A program made the translations under genes and the position numbers. A stretch of DNA of 64,000 nucleotides, taken from Mizuhopecten yessoensis. Lineage: Eukaryota. The notes under the pieces were generated by a model, which was not told the origin of the DNA, ran no database searches, and saw only the letters and a program-made list of their open reading frames with translations. Positions 51,838 through 64,000 of this stretch are shown piece after piece; the stretch's first letter is position 1, and the number at the start of each line of letters is the position of its first letter. The stretch covers positions 1 to 64,000 of the forward strand of contig NW_018404479.1 in assembly GCF_002113885.1 (NCBI RefSeq), written 5' to 3'.

Positions 51838-51960
51838 CCCAGTTGTGCCATGTTTGTAAATCTGATGTATATATTTGAGGAAAAGGCGAAAATAATGTTG
51901 TAATAACTTGTGCCCAATCCTGTTGTCACTATTTTGGCAATAAAATATGTTTAAACTAAA
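51838..51960 (+). mobile_element. LINE (CR1-like) 3' UTR remnant
   Basis: GTTGTAATAACTTGTGCCCAATCC...GCAATAAAATATGTTTAAAC resembles recalled bivalve CR1-type 3' ends; no ORF remains. Confidence 0.35.
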
Positions 51961-52494
51961 CTGATGATGTCACAGACTGTATGGCTATAAAACAAATAAA
52001 AAAGAAGAGACTAAATTGCTACGGGATGGCAACTCATTTGTCTTTGATACATGTAACCATCAAATATTCTTAAAAACTATTGTTGGCTGGCAAATTATTT
52101 TTAATGCCATTCTGAGAAAGGATTCATGTACATATGTAGGTTTCCGGAATAAGCCTTTATTACTTCCCCTTTATTTAGCTGTATACTTATATTAGCCTAC
52201 TTACTAAAAAAATATTTCCCCATAAAATGGCTTAAAAGTATTTAATGGCGTTTAAAACAAAGTTGTTGTTTTTTCATACGATGGATTGTTTTATTGTAAA
52301 CATTAAGCACGATGCTATAAAACAATGATTACACAAAATGTATAAACGTATTTTGTAACAGAGGAATTAATAGTAAAACAGCTACTTTATCAAAAACGAC
52401 ATACAATACATACAGTGTGTTGGCGACTGTAACACAAGCACATACGTGATATATAACATGTAAATATACACGCTATATAATCTACAACAACTAA

Positions 52495-52676
52495 GAAACA
52501 TGCCATATTATTTTAGTGGCCCGGATGTTAGCGCGCATTGCGGGAGAAAACATGAGTACCCGGAGAAAACCCACGTGGTCGGGCAGATACTGTAACCCCG
52601 TACCGTTCACGTCCGATCGGGGAATCGAACCACGGCCATCTTGATAAAAGGCTAACGCGCTATCCGTTGTGCTTCC
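52495..52676 (-). mobile_element. tRNA-derived V-domain SINE
   Basis: Minus strand: B box GGTTCGATTCCCC followed by the V-domain-type GTGGGTTTTCTCCGGGTACTC..GTTTTCTCCC. Confidence 0.75.
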
Positions 52677-53543
52677 AACTACTCCATATACACGTGATAA
52701 TGGGATGCCAGCGTTATTTTGCGAGAAAGAATACAATCTTGCCTATTGTTGAATTCCCCTTGCTATTTTCAGCACACAATTTGCGATGTTTTAACCTCAA
52801 ATCGACGGTAAGTGAAATTATATGGACTGAAGCTGGGATTTCCACACTTATGTGTGTTTCTTTCATATCTAATATGTATATCAAACTACATCGGCAAAAC
52901 CACCGGTTTGAAAGGAGAGGGTGTGATATTGAAAGGTTGCGTGATCTATAAATATTTTATTCAGAAAAAAAGAAAAAACACAAATGTTATCATGCAACCT
53001 GGTCATTATGTTTACATTATAACGTTTAATGTAAAATGAATAATTGAAATTCTAAGTGTTGGACAGCTAAGTTTCGTGTTACTTGCGGGACCTAATCATA
53101 GTATAGCTCCATACTGTAATTACTACACTAAACATCACTATATAAACTGTATACATATTTCACAACATGACCTATTAGAAACGAAGTTGACATCGTGCAG
53201 ACTACCTCTTTCACCATAACGAGAAGTGAACCACAGAGAATGGGCAACTTGGGATTTATTATAACTGGATCAATAAAGAAGTCAGACGGCACCACAGAAT
53301 CATCTATATATGTGTAACTATCATTCGCAAGCCAATTAATATTTCAAGACTGAATCCTTCTATATTTGTATTAGTGCAAAGACATTACTACAGCCCATTA
53401 AACCGTACTATTATCACTATATGAAGACATGAGTTGTTGTTATTCCCTTTTGTCTGGGTTTATTCTAAACAATGTAGTAGTGTCTACATGTGAAACCTAT
53501 TATAAACGTACTGTATATATATATGAGCAGTTTACGTCATTTT

Positions 53544-55425
53544 GTGTAATGTTATAAACACTGTCTAGATCATCGTGTGTAATACTACATGTTATATACA
53601 CTGCTTAGATCATCATGTGTAATACTTTATGTTATATACACTGCTTAGATCATCGTGTGTAATACTTTATGCTATATACACTGCCTTAATCATCGTGTGT
53701 AATACTACATGTTATAACCACTACCTAAATCATCGTATGTAATAATACATGTTATATACACTACCTAAATCATCGTGTGTAATACTATACAATTAGGTCA
53801 ATATCACTCTTTCAGGTTCATATCACATCATATTTACCAGCACAAAAGCCCATAACTGTTTTATTATATGCTTCAACAATAAAATAAAACAAAACAAAAC
53901 TAAAGGTTCTGATTTTTGTACGCAAGCATCCGTGGTAAATTTAGCCAGGTTTGAATACCACAGTTCATCATTGTAGCTTTCGAAGGCATCGTCTAGATTA
54001 TTTTTCTTAATGTAAGCAGGGAGGACATGCACTGCTTGTTCAATGGCCTTTTTTTTACGTTAACAGCATCTTTATCCTCGAATAGTTTTGGTAATTTTCC
54101 TAACGGAGGAGAAACGTTCGCCAGCAGCCATCTTCTAATGTCGTCTGACAGATCGCGTTCCGGTCTAACTGCGCATGCGCTACGACAGGTTCCGGGGAAT
54201 TTCCATACAGGCTATATTTAGAAATCGATATTCACCGGATAACCAGTCTACATGAGTTTTTGAGGACTGATCACGTGTATAGGATCCGACCAATGTGATT
54301 GCGAGAAATGTTCATGCATATAATAACACATGTTATGTACACTGCCTAGAGCTACACTGCCTTAAGCATCGTGTGTAATACTACATGATATATACACTAC
54401 CTATATCATCGTGTGTAATACTATATGTTATATACACTGCCTTAATCATCGTGTGTAATACTACATGATATATACACTACCTTTATCATCGTGTGTAAAA
54501 CTACATGTTATATACACTATACCTATATCATCGTATGTAATACTACATGTTATATACACTACCTAAATCATCGTGTGTAATACTACATGATATATACACT
54601 ATACCTATATCATCGTATGTAATAATACATGTTATATAAACTACCTAAATCATCGTGTGTAATACTACATGTTATATACACTGCCTAAATCATCGTATGT
54701 AATACTACATGATATATACACTATACCTATATCATCGTATGTAATACTACATGTTATATACACTGCCTTAATCATCGTGTGTAATACTACATGTTATATA
54801 CACTACCTAAATCATTGTATGTAATACTACATGTTATATACACTACCTAAATCATCGTATGTAATACTACATGTTATATACACTACCTAGATCATTGTAT
54901 GTAATATTACATATTATATACACTGCCTAAATCATCGTGTGTAATAATACATGTTATATACACTACATATATCATCGTGTGTAATACTACATGTTATATA
55001 CACTACCTAGATCATTGTATGTAATAATACATGTTATATACACTACCTAAATCATCGTATGTAATACTACATGTTATATACACTACCTATACCATCGTGT
55101 GTAATACTACATGTTATATCCACTACCTAAATCATCGTATGTAATACTACATTTTATATACACTACCTATATCATCGTGCGTAATACTACATGTTATATA
55201 CACTACCTATATCATCGTGTGTAATACTACACGTTATATACGTATACACTGCCTATATCATCGTATGTAATACTGCATGTTATATACACTACCTATATCA
55301 TCGTGTATAATACTACATGTTATATACACTGTACCTAAATCGTCGTTTGTAATACTACATGATATATACACACGGTATATCATCGTGCGTAATACTACAT
55401 GTCAGATAACAGTGTGTAATACTAT
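53544..55425. repeat. 40-bp satellite (ATCATCGTGTGTAATACTACATGTTATATACACTACCTAA), >30 copies, interrupted at ~53785-54325
   Basis: About 6 units before the insertion and about 27 after; some units carry a 2-bp TA insertion. Confidence 0.96.
53780..54326 (+). mobile_element. Non-coding element inserted in the satellite: truncated hairpin plus perfect TTATTATATGC/GCATATAATAA inverted pair; TAATA at both junctions
   Basis: Left TAATA 53780-53784; hairpin remnant closing CATAACTGTTTTATTA (53851-53866); inverted pair 53861-53871 / 54316-54326; right TAATA 54321-54325; CCAAT near 54290. Confidence 0.75.
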
Positions 55426-56391
55426 GTGTTAAATGATATATCCACTGCCTTAATCGTTATATACGATACCACATATTATACTGTAGATATTGTCTACCAC
55501 ATTGTATTTAGTAAAGTATATAAACTACGTACCTACCTGATCGTGTATAAAATACGGCATGCTATATGCTCTGCCTATCTCATTGCTTGCAAAAGTACAT
55601 GCATTACCTATCTCTCTGCTGAGCAGCTGTCATTGTGTTCGTATCCCTAGGGCTCACCAGGTACATACAGAACAATTAAAATTGTTCCTTATCAAACATT
55701 GATGTTGTCATAATTTTAGTTAATAATGTATTTGATCGAGACAGTGGTCATAGCTGTATCTAAAACCGATCGTTAAATGCTGCCTGTATGAGATGTTTTT
55801 AGATTACGACACAAGGCGATGCAATCCTCTGTCAACATGCAAAATGGTATTAGGGATGACTTTCTAACGGGGATTTAAAACTCATAAAAAAGCACTTCGA
55901 GTTCTTCATGCTAAGCCACTTCGAGCACGACATCAAAACAGGTCGACATTAACAGGCTATTACGTGGGACTCAATGACTAAAACTACAACACAGCTCTCA
56001 CACATTAGGGTATTTATGTGTAAAGTAGATATCTGTACCAAATAACGTTTTATGGATGTTCCAATCTTTAAATATCTAGCCATAAAATGAGAAAGGGCAT
56101 GTGTTTACCCATTTATCAACGTTATGTAGATCTCATTATAACACGCCCTTTATTTAATCAGTAGCAAACAGTATTGCTGAGATTAAATTAATATTCTACG
56201 AGTATAATCTAACTACACGTAGTAGAATTGCATACGAAAAGGTTTTGTCGTGGTGTGTATTAAATTTATAGTGGTAATAAATTTCAAAAAGAGTCTTAGT
56301 GAGGAATGTCTAGTGAAGCTTGTCCTGTAGAGCATATCTAAGCGTCTATGCCACACGCATAGATGAGTTACAATGAATATAATAATAAAGG

Positions 56392-56480
56392 CTTTATTTA
56401 TTCTTGATAACATATTGAGCATGAAGCTCATCTTACATATGGTCAAGATGCAATGCATGATAAAATGTACAATATTTACA
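56392..56480 (-). mobile_element. Short LINE-like 3' tail remnant
   Basis: Minus strand GATGAGC-TTCAT-GCTCAA...GAATAAATAAAG: stem-loop plus AATAAA, similar in layout to the 28.2 kb tail. Confidence 0.3.
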
Positions 56481-57089
56481 GCTATGAAGTGATTCAGTAG
56501 CGTCACGTGCGATTTAACCCCTTCACAAATCGGACCACATTCAATGTACATATACAGCAAAGCCAATGTAATAATAAGTTTGTATATATATTTCTCAACA
56601 ATATATGTTTTAACTGATAATTACAACAAATTGCTGTTTATTTCAATTGCTACTATGTACATTCTTTGTCAAGATGCACTTCCTGTACATCGGTGGCAGG
56701 TTATTATGGGAGCATGCGCGATGATAAAATATCGTAGGACTTTATTTCGAGCGAATAGTTACATGTATAAGTACTTATGTTTTTGTAAGTGTCTTAAGTG
56801 CCTTATCACATGATCCTTATGCTCATAAGACATACCTTGTTTGCGTTACCGATAAGGTGACAGCAATATTATATTGTACATTATAAGAATGCGAATGGAA
56901 TATGTAGAAAGAGCAGTAGTTGAAGATTTGTCAATAATATAGGTACATTTATAAACCACGTGTATTACAACAATCGCTACGTACAATTGACGTTCCTTAC
57001 ACTCACTTTCAACCTGATTGTAAGAAACATAATCTGTGAGTGGAGATTGGAGGCATACATTTTAGGTACATTTAACAGAAACAATTACA

Positions 57090-57301
57090 TACTGTAAAAT
57101 AACTATTTCAGTGGACTCAAATTTTAGCGCATTATAAAATGTTAAGAGCTTTGCAAATTTATATTTTGGCGCACTCAAAAAAAATGCGATAGAAAACTAT
57201 ACAGAAAAACTTCAATCAGCGCAGTCAAAATTTAGCGCAGTATTTAAAGCGCCTAAAAGCGCTAATATTAGAACACCGCTAACACATATACGCTTACAAT
57301 A
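57090..57301. mobile_element. MITE with TACTGTAA...TTACAATA ends
   Basis: Terminal inverted TACTGTAA / TTACA(A)TA, with internal repeated AATTT(T)AGCGCA and inverted GCGCTAA motifs. Confidence 0.55.
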
Positions 57302-60279
57302 TGTGTACTGTAACTTTAAGAACTTCCATTGACAATAAAAAGGACATGTACTTTAACGTAGCGTAAACATGCAGTTTCAAATACACCGGGCTGAGTGTAA
57401 CGCGAAAAGTTATCGACTTGAACAGAGGATACACCAACAAAAAAGGGAAAACATCAGAACCTTCTCATCCTCTCACGAAACACGTTATACTTGTGTTTTA
57501 TATGGACGACAATGTCAGCCAACCCGTGGGTATTAAACAAATTCTTTTAGAGAATTAACACAAAATGGCAGTAAATATACGAGGCAAATAAGTTAATTGG
57601 TGAAAATAAGGGTAGGAGCAGTCAGACCGTGCTGCCCACTCTGCGTTAAGCCTGTACTGCGTTTTCAGTAATTAACATTACATGTATACTGTATAAAACA
57701 GTAGTATGGAATTCAAAATAAAAACTTTGCAGACGTGATGACCTCTTCCGATTACCTCAAGGAAAAGGTTTTGCATTAATGAAAGCGACAGATAATTTTC
57801 TTTAAAAAACATACAAATAAATTGAGCAAATATTTGAACATTTAAACAAGAAAAGGTTGATACATGTATTTGAAAACAAATTGTTGGAAACAAGTAAAGA
57901 ATTGGTATGTTTGTTTGGTATTTGCGATCATGAGGTACTTTGGGTACAATCGATAGAAGTATGCATATATTGATAAGAATATTTAAAATAAGAATTTTAC
58001 GATGTAAATCGCAATAATATATAGATCATTTCTGACCATCATCCATTATGTAATGTATTATTGTTTTAGGCAAACATTCAACATAACTCCATTTTTTATA
58101 AACTTATAGCTGACACCCCTAACCAAGATATCAAGGTAGTATTCTCTGACGAAGAGAATCCAATCACGAGTAAAACTTACACATGTACTAAATCACAGTT
58201 CGCTTAATTCGCAAGAGGCCCACTTTCTTTCATCTATCATTACAAAAAAACCTACACAGCCAATCCTTAACACGAAAATTCCTCAGAGTAGCGCACAAAG
58301 TACATACTGAGAAACGTTTACCTTAGTGTAATTAACGGATTTTTCTTTAGCTTCTGATACAAAAATTAACAACGGCAGCATCGGTAAATATATTCCTACT
58401 AGTCATATTGAGTCACAAAAATGTGATTAGTAATCTATCATGATCTGAGCAAAATGTCTAGTTATGAGAACCTTATTACACCGGAAAGCGAATCTTGTAA
58501 CGGAGTATGAAGAAATGGAGAAGGAGTTGATACAATACATAATTACAGTGTACCAGCCCTTGGCATTTAAAACTCCAAAGAGAGCTCCCTCTGCCTTTGC
58601 AGTGCAGAAAGGAAATTTTGTTCGGAAGAGATCAGGCATTCCTCTCCTGTATGTTTAAGGTGTTTCAGAAGAAAATGAAACTCACCAAAAAATTTCAAAG
58701 AATCATAAAATAAAATTCCAGGAAATCAATGCCTATCATAAACCAAAAAATAACACCAGATTACAGTTAGTCAATCCATAAGACCCCACACAGAAGGAGG
58801 AGTGTCGGGGAGAGGGCGGGATCGAATTTGACGATTGAAACAGACTAAATAAGAGAGACAGAAAAACACGATAACACCTGGTTTAAGGAACATGATACCA
58901 CTACGAGAGCATCCATCAAAGCTTAATGTGAACATTTAAAAACGATTACCACACGATAGACATTGACATCACAAAAAGGTGACAAAGGAGAAAATGAAAG
59001 GATAAGGTAGATTCAGTGCCAAGCCCCCTTCCTTAACATAAACGGTGGCTACTAGCTCCTGGCGATCTTCCATGACATCTTGTAGTGTGACTTTGACCAT
59101 AGTTGGATAAGTGTCAGTGAATTCTTAAAAGTTTTTCGTAGACACTGAGATAGATTTGAAAGCTTGAGTTTTCTAATGTTCAAATTTTAATAAGAAAAAG
59201 AAAAACAATTAACGACAGCAAACACATATTTTAAGGTACAGGTAAATGGCCACTGCATCGGTTATAATCGCATGAGAGAGTTCGACTCAGGTTTTTGCTC
59301 CCTTCTGTATAAAACAGGGTTTTTTTCTGGCTGAGAGTAACTTTTCCTGACAACCTTTTTTTATCTGTTTTGCAGCCCGTATATTGGAAATTCGTATTGA
59401 TGCTGTGCTCTTGCAGTTTTATTGTTTTCCTTTTCCTTTTGTTTTTTAACAGTATTATCTTGAATGGCAACACATCCGTAAAATGCATGGCAACATATAT
59501 TTTTTGCAGAATATCTCCTTTGAAAAAGGTAGTAAATATGTCAAATCTGTAGCAATTTTGATAACTGTAGTATATCTTTATTTAATAGTACATTTTACTT
59601 TAACATTCAAACGAGGTTAATTCTCATCTGTGATTTAGTCGTACTTCCTATACAGTATAACTTGGGTTAAAACCCAACTATACAGTGCTCAGTGTCCGGA
59701 ATGAAGAGTAAATGAATGCACTGTTTACGCACTGAGAAGCAGTAAAGTTTTACGTCGTCATAAAATGTTGAACTGAGGGAGCCGCGCTACACAGCGCTCT
59801 TCTTTGACATTATCAGTGTTCTACCCACTAAACATCAGCTCACAGTGAAGCATTATGTGTTACTTTTATTTAGTGAAAAAAAATGAATGCATACGAGTAC
59901 AATTTATCAGCTTTTCTTTCGAACATCCATACAACCGAATGGTTTGACAACACTCACAGTAATGTATGATTAAGATAAGTATGTCAATGGAGAATGATGA
60001 GGGGAAGTAAAGATCCGAAACAATTAAGATGTATGTGCAAATAACATGAATATACAAAAGTACATTTTGTAACAAGGCAATTCATATGTAGCTCGATTTG
60101 TATAATTGGCAACTCCTAACAATATATGTATATTTGTACATTTGTATGACTCAGTTACATTTGTATGTGTATGCAAATTGTATGTGTCTATGTCCCATTG
60201 AGAGCTAAGAAATTTAATAAATAAATAGATAAATAAATACATAAATAGATCGTCACAACAAGAATATATTATCGATAAT

Positions 60280-60430
60280 TCTACCACGTCTGTGATGTAA
60301 CGACGGTTTTCATTGGTTAAAAAGAGTGCATTCTTGAGCGATATACCATGCGCGTGCCAATAACCAATGCACGTGAAATTGTGCACACGCATGCTGTTCC
60401 AACAACCTCCCCGTATTTTATCATGAATTA
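60280..60430 (+). repeat. Dispersed repeat, copy 2 (related to 5974-6075)
   Basis: TCTACCACGTCTGTGATGTAACGAC...CATTGGTTAAAAA...TTTTATCATG. Confidence 0.5.
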
Positions 60431-60966
60431 ACAAAAATAACTGTCAGGCGGGATCAAAATATTTGACAGGCCTGCCATTTAAAAGATTACACGGATCTAT
60501 AGACCTAAAGTATGTGGGTCCGTGCAGTGAAAATGGTTTATTAATTATTGACATTTAAAATGTACAGGTCTGAAGACAAAATGGTAAATTATTAATTACT
60601 TCTGTTTTTACTTCACTGGGAAGTGCCGTACATTTCACGATGTGTGCAGTGTGTGTATGTACTATCAAGCGTTGATTTCAAGTTTTGACGAACGATGTCG
60701 ATAGCGTGCCAATGTTTGATTGATTGAAATAAACATCGTATCTGACGTCACGCGTGCTCAGTTGTTTCTGGTCTGCAAAACGTCGTTTGCTTTCAAACAT
60801 ACCGTGTGTGAAGAATAATGTTGCAAAAAGTAGCATCGGTCTGAACAGTGGTTGCAAAACACAGCTGTCCGGTGAGGTCGGTGAAGGTGAAGGTCGCGTC
60901 ATGATCAGCCGGTCAGCAACTTTCCATCACGTCATGGCAACCAACTAAATATACCAACTCATGTCA

Positions 60967-62173
60967 GGCCTATCTTATGATGTTGTATCACTGGCACTTC
61001 CAAGAAAATCTGGTTGATATCGGTACGATGATGATGGTTGTAGAAGTAAACACAATCTGGGAATCCCAACCCTACGCACTGAGAAATGTTGGCGCGACAT
61101 TGATCAAGTTTAAACGAAGCAACACGATCAAGTGATAAGTCTTGCACGCGCAAAAGAACAGCGTCTAATTTGCATATCGAATTATCTAGGTCATGTCGCC
61201 TTATAAGACAGCAAAACTTTACAATTAGTTACATTTGACGTGGTAGAATAAAATTAACAACTTATGTGCTTTCATTATGGTGGAATATATAACTCGGGAT
61301 TCTTAAATGAGTCTAGTGTTTCCTTTTTTATTGGTGTATTGGTTTTTTCATTTATTTATTGTCAATTAAATGTAGCCAGTATAATCTTCAATGTGATTGG
61401 TTACATCAACATGGCCATCGTTACAGTAGCATTATATTTTATGCACCTATTTCGCTTAATTTTACCATTTCTGTTTCATTTCTGATGCAATATAGATAGT
61501 GTGTAATTAAATGTTTAATGTATCTCTAAATGTGCAATCTATATGGCGTATTTGATGTTATGTTGTCATGNGGCCTATCGTATGATGTTGTATCACTGGC
61601 ACTTCCAAGAAAATCCGATTGATATCGGTACGATGATGATGATTTTAGAAGTAAACACAATCCGGGAATCCCAACCCTACGCACTGAGAAATGTTGGCGC
61701 GACATTGATTAAGTTTAAACGAAGCAACACGATCAAGTGATAAATCTTGCACGTGCAAAAGAGCAGCGTCTAATTTGCCTTATAAGACAGCAAAACTTTA
61801 CAAGTAGTTACATTTGACGTGGTAGAATAAAAATAATCAACTTATGTGCGTGCATTATGGTGGAATAAATAACTCGGGATTCTTAAATATTTCTCTAGTT
61901 ATCAAATGCGAATGAGTCTAGTGATTCCTTTTTTATTGGTGTGTTGTTTTTTCATTTATTTATTGTCAATTAAATATAGCCAGTTTAATCTTCAATGTGA
62001 TTGGTTACATCAACATGGCCATCGTTACAGTAGCATTCTATTTGATGCACTTATTTCGCCTAATTTTACCATTTCTGTTTCATTTCTGATGCAATATAGA
62101 TAGTGAGTAATTAAATGTTTAATGTATCTCTAAATGTGCAATCTATATGGCGTATTTGATGTTATGTTGTCAT
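60967..62173. other. ~600-bp diverged tandem duplication across a single N (probably two haplotypes assembled in series)
   Basis: 60967-61569 matches 61572-62173, with N at 61571, scattered SNPs and one ~20-25 bp indel in each copy. Confidence 0.8.
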
Positions 62174-64000
62174 AGTAAATATAAACGAGTTATGGTAGGG
62201 AACACTAGACAAATTCAGCATATGTGTGGCAAAACACGGTATAAACTAGCATTACAGATGTCATAATAGAGATGAAAGACAAAATCGACTGATGTTGTCT
62301 ATAAATAGCTCATGTATAATTACACGTGCCAATATATGTGTTTGATAAACCTTGCATCAAGCTAGTCCTAAAGTACAGTTACCATGGAAGGGTCGCGTGG
62401 CCAACGTATGAGTATGGAAGTCGAACGAACCATGTGTAATATACCGGAGGCAATGAAAATTCTGTATAATACAATATCGTGCCATTATACATAAAACGTG
62501 GTGACATGATTTAACCAAAAATGTCATCCAACATGACGTACCCTATATTTAGAGTAATTTTCTCAAGAACGATGCTTTATCTGCGTGGGATATCTTTGGT
62601 TGACCATTTCAAATAAAGCATTACATTACTATGACTTTCCGAATGAAAGCTAGCGTAGAGCAAACAGTGGTTCAGGATCGATATATTGTATCTCTGACTT
62701 TCCTTTCTCGGTAATCATCGCTATTAATTTGACAAGTTTATCTCAATAGTAATAATTTATTACATCTTTGAATCTGTTTTACTTAGTAATATTGATTACT
62801 TTCAAAATATGACGAGCTATTGATTAAGAACAGTGGTTATAATTAAAGTGGAAACAGAGAAGTTTATGTCATCGTTTAAATTACGTCATAATCATGAGGG
62901 ACGCTCTTTCGAAATGGAAATTTTAAATAAATTGCGCTATCTGCTATAGTAAATATAATCTACGGCTATCGTGCACAGTTTCATATATGAATCCTTGTTA
63001 ATGAATAGTAAAACACAACAAATACCAGCTAAAAAGAAAGATTCGATTTGTGGTATTTTTAGGTAGATCAAATTTGAAATATTTTTCTGAATTCCAAGGA
63101 AATTGATTGTATGCCAACAACAGATAAGACAAGTTGATGAAAATGGATTGTCTTACCTTAACTGCTGAATGTTTCCTGATAAAGGGTTTTATATTTTCGG
63201 TTCACACTTTCACATTATCCACACGGTCAGATACAGGACGCGTAACTGTAACAGAGCAAATGTGTAACTAAACAGTTATTCAGGATAGCAATTTCATGCA
63301 CGAACATACATTCAATATGTACCCAGAATCCCTCTTGATGAAAGCGACGTTAATTCACCAGCTCGTTCTTTCGGGGGAACACACATGGCGATCAGAGGGT
63401 TCGTGTAAATGTACGCCCAATTCTGAAACCACTTTGTGCTAAATATAGTCTTTTGTAAATTACTGTAAGTTATATCTGCCAAATACTAAACGTGTCAGGG
63501 TCATTGCGCATGTGACCTTTTGCTTTCAGCACTAGCAGCTTTATTGGAGCACGAAGCTGTGTGCACGTGACCCGTTGTAAGGTCAACGTATAGAAAGCAG
63601 TTAGGCATAAAACTTTTCAATTTCGTGTAAATGGAGTTCAAACCTAACGCAATATTTAAAGTAGTCACATAACATGTCACTTGTGTGCTGACAATGAATT
63701 AAATACATTAAAACAGAATATTTATAAAATAAATAGAAAATGTCAAAGGGGTACGAAAGGCCATCCAACTAATCACAACTTGATTTCATTGCTGGAAGGG
63801 ATACAGCCCTAAATTATAAATATATTCTATAGGATTAAGAAAGTTTAATGGAATGAATTGATACATGCATTCGTCTATTGACGTAGATTGTTATATTTCT
63901 TTGATCGAACATGAATAATTAATTGAAGTGCTGATGTATATAACAGGTGCTGGCCATTAATTTTGTTGATGACTTTCCAGTGTTAGCAGTACTAAGAACC

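Noticed and set aside
53544-55425. CRISPR-like appearance of the 40-bp, 24-bp and 64-bp arrays
   Set aside because: Head-to-tail repeats with no unique spacers, no cas genes and a eukaryotic context.

Overview
AT-rich eukaryotic genomic DNA with assembly gaps. The repeat content (Meta-core and V-domain tRNA-SINEs, L2/CR1-type LINE ends, abundant TACATGTA) suggests a mollusc, probably a bivalve; this is inferred. The only supportable host coding sequence is one uninterrupted minus-strand coding exon (2826-3962) for a class A GPCR of the FMRFamide/sex-peptide/GPR139-like group. A splice acceptor lies 4 nt upstream of its ATG, so much of the remaining ~60 kb is plausibly intron and regulatory sequence, and it holds candidate 5'-UTR exons. 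The non-coding DNA contains a 5'-truncated L2 LINE with an open ORF end, several SINEs and LINE tails, minisatellites, an old 4-5-copy duplicated module (38-45 kb), and three duplications flanking single Ns that look like assembly artefacts. The best leads are: (1) non-coding elements built as long hairpin + inverted TTATTATA/TATAATAA ends, one inserted in a satellite with TAATA at both junctions; (2) roughly 10-fold excess TACATGTA, with internal evidence that CATGTA was inserted at a TA site, like a transposon footprint; (3) a pseudoknot-capable leader upstream of a SINE; (4) a hammerhead-like core in a LINE 3' tail; (5) a GPCR lacking D2.50, W6.48 and NPxxY. No prokaryotic systems, CRISPR arrays, rRNA or intact tRNA genes were seen. 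All counts and identities are by eye.
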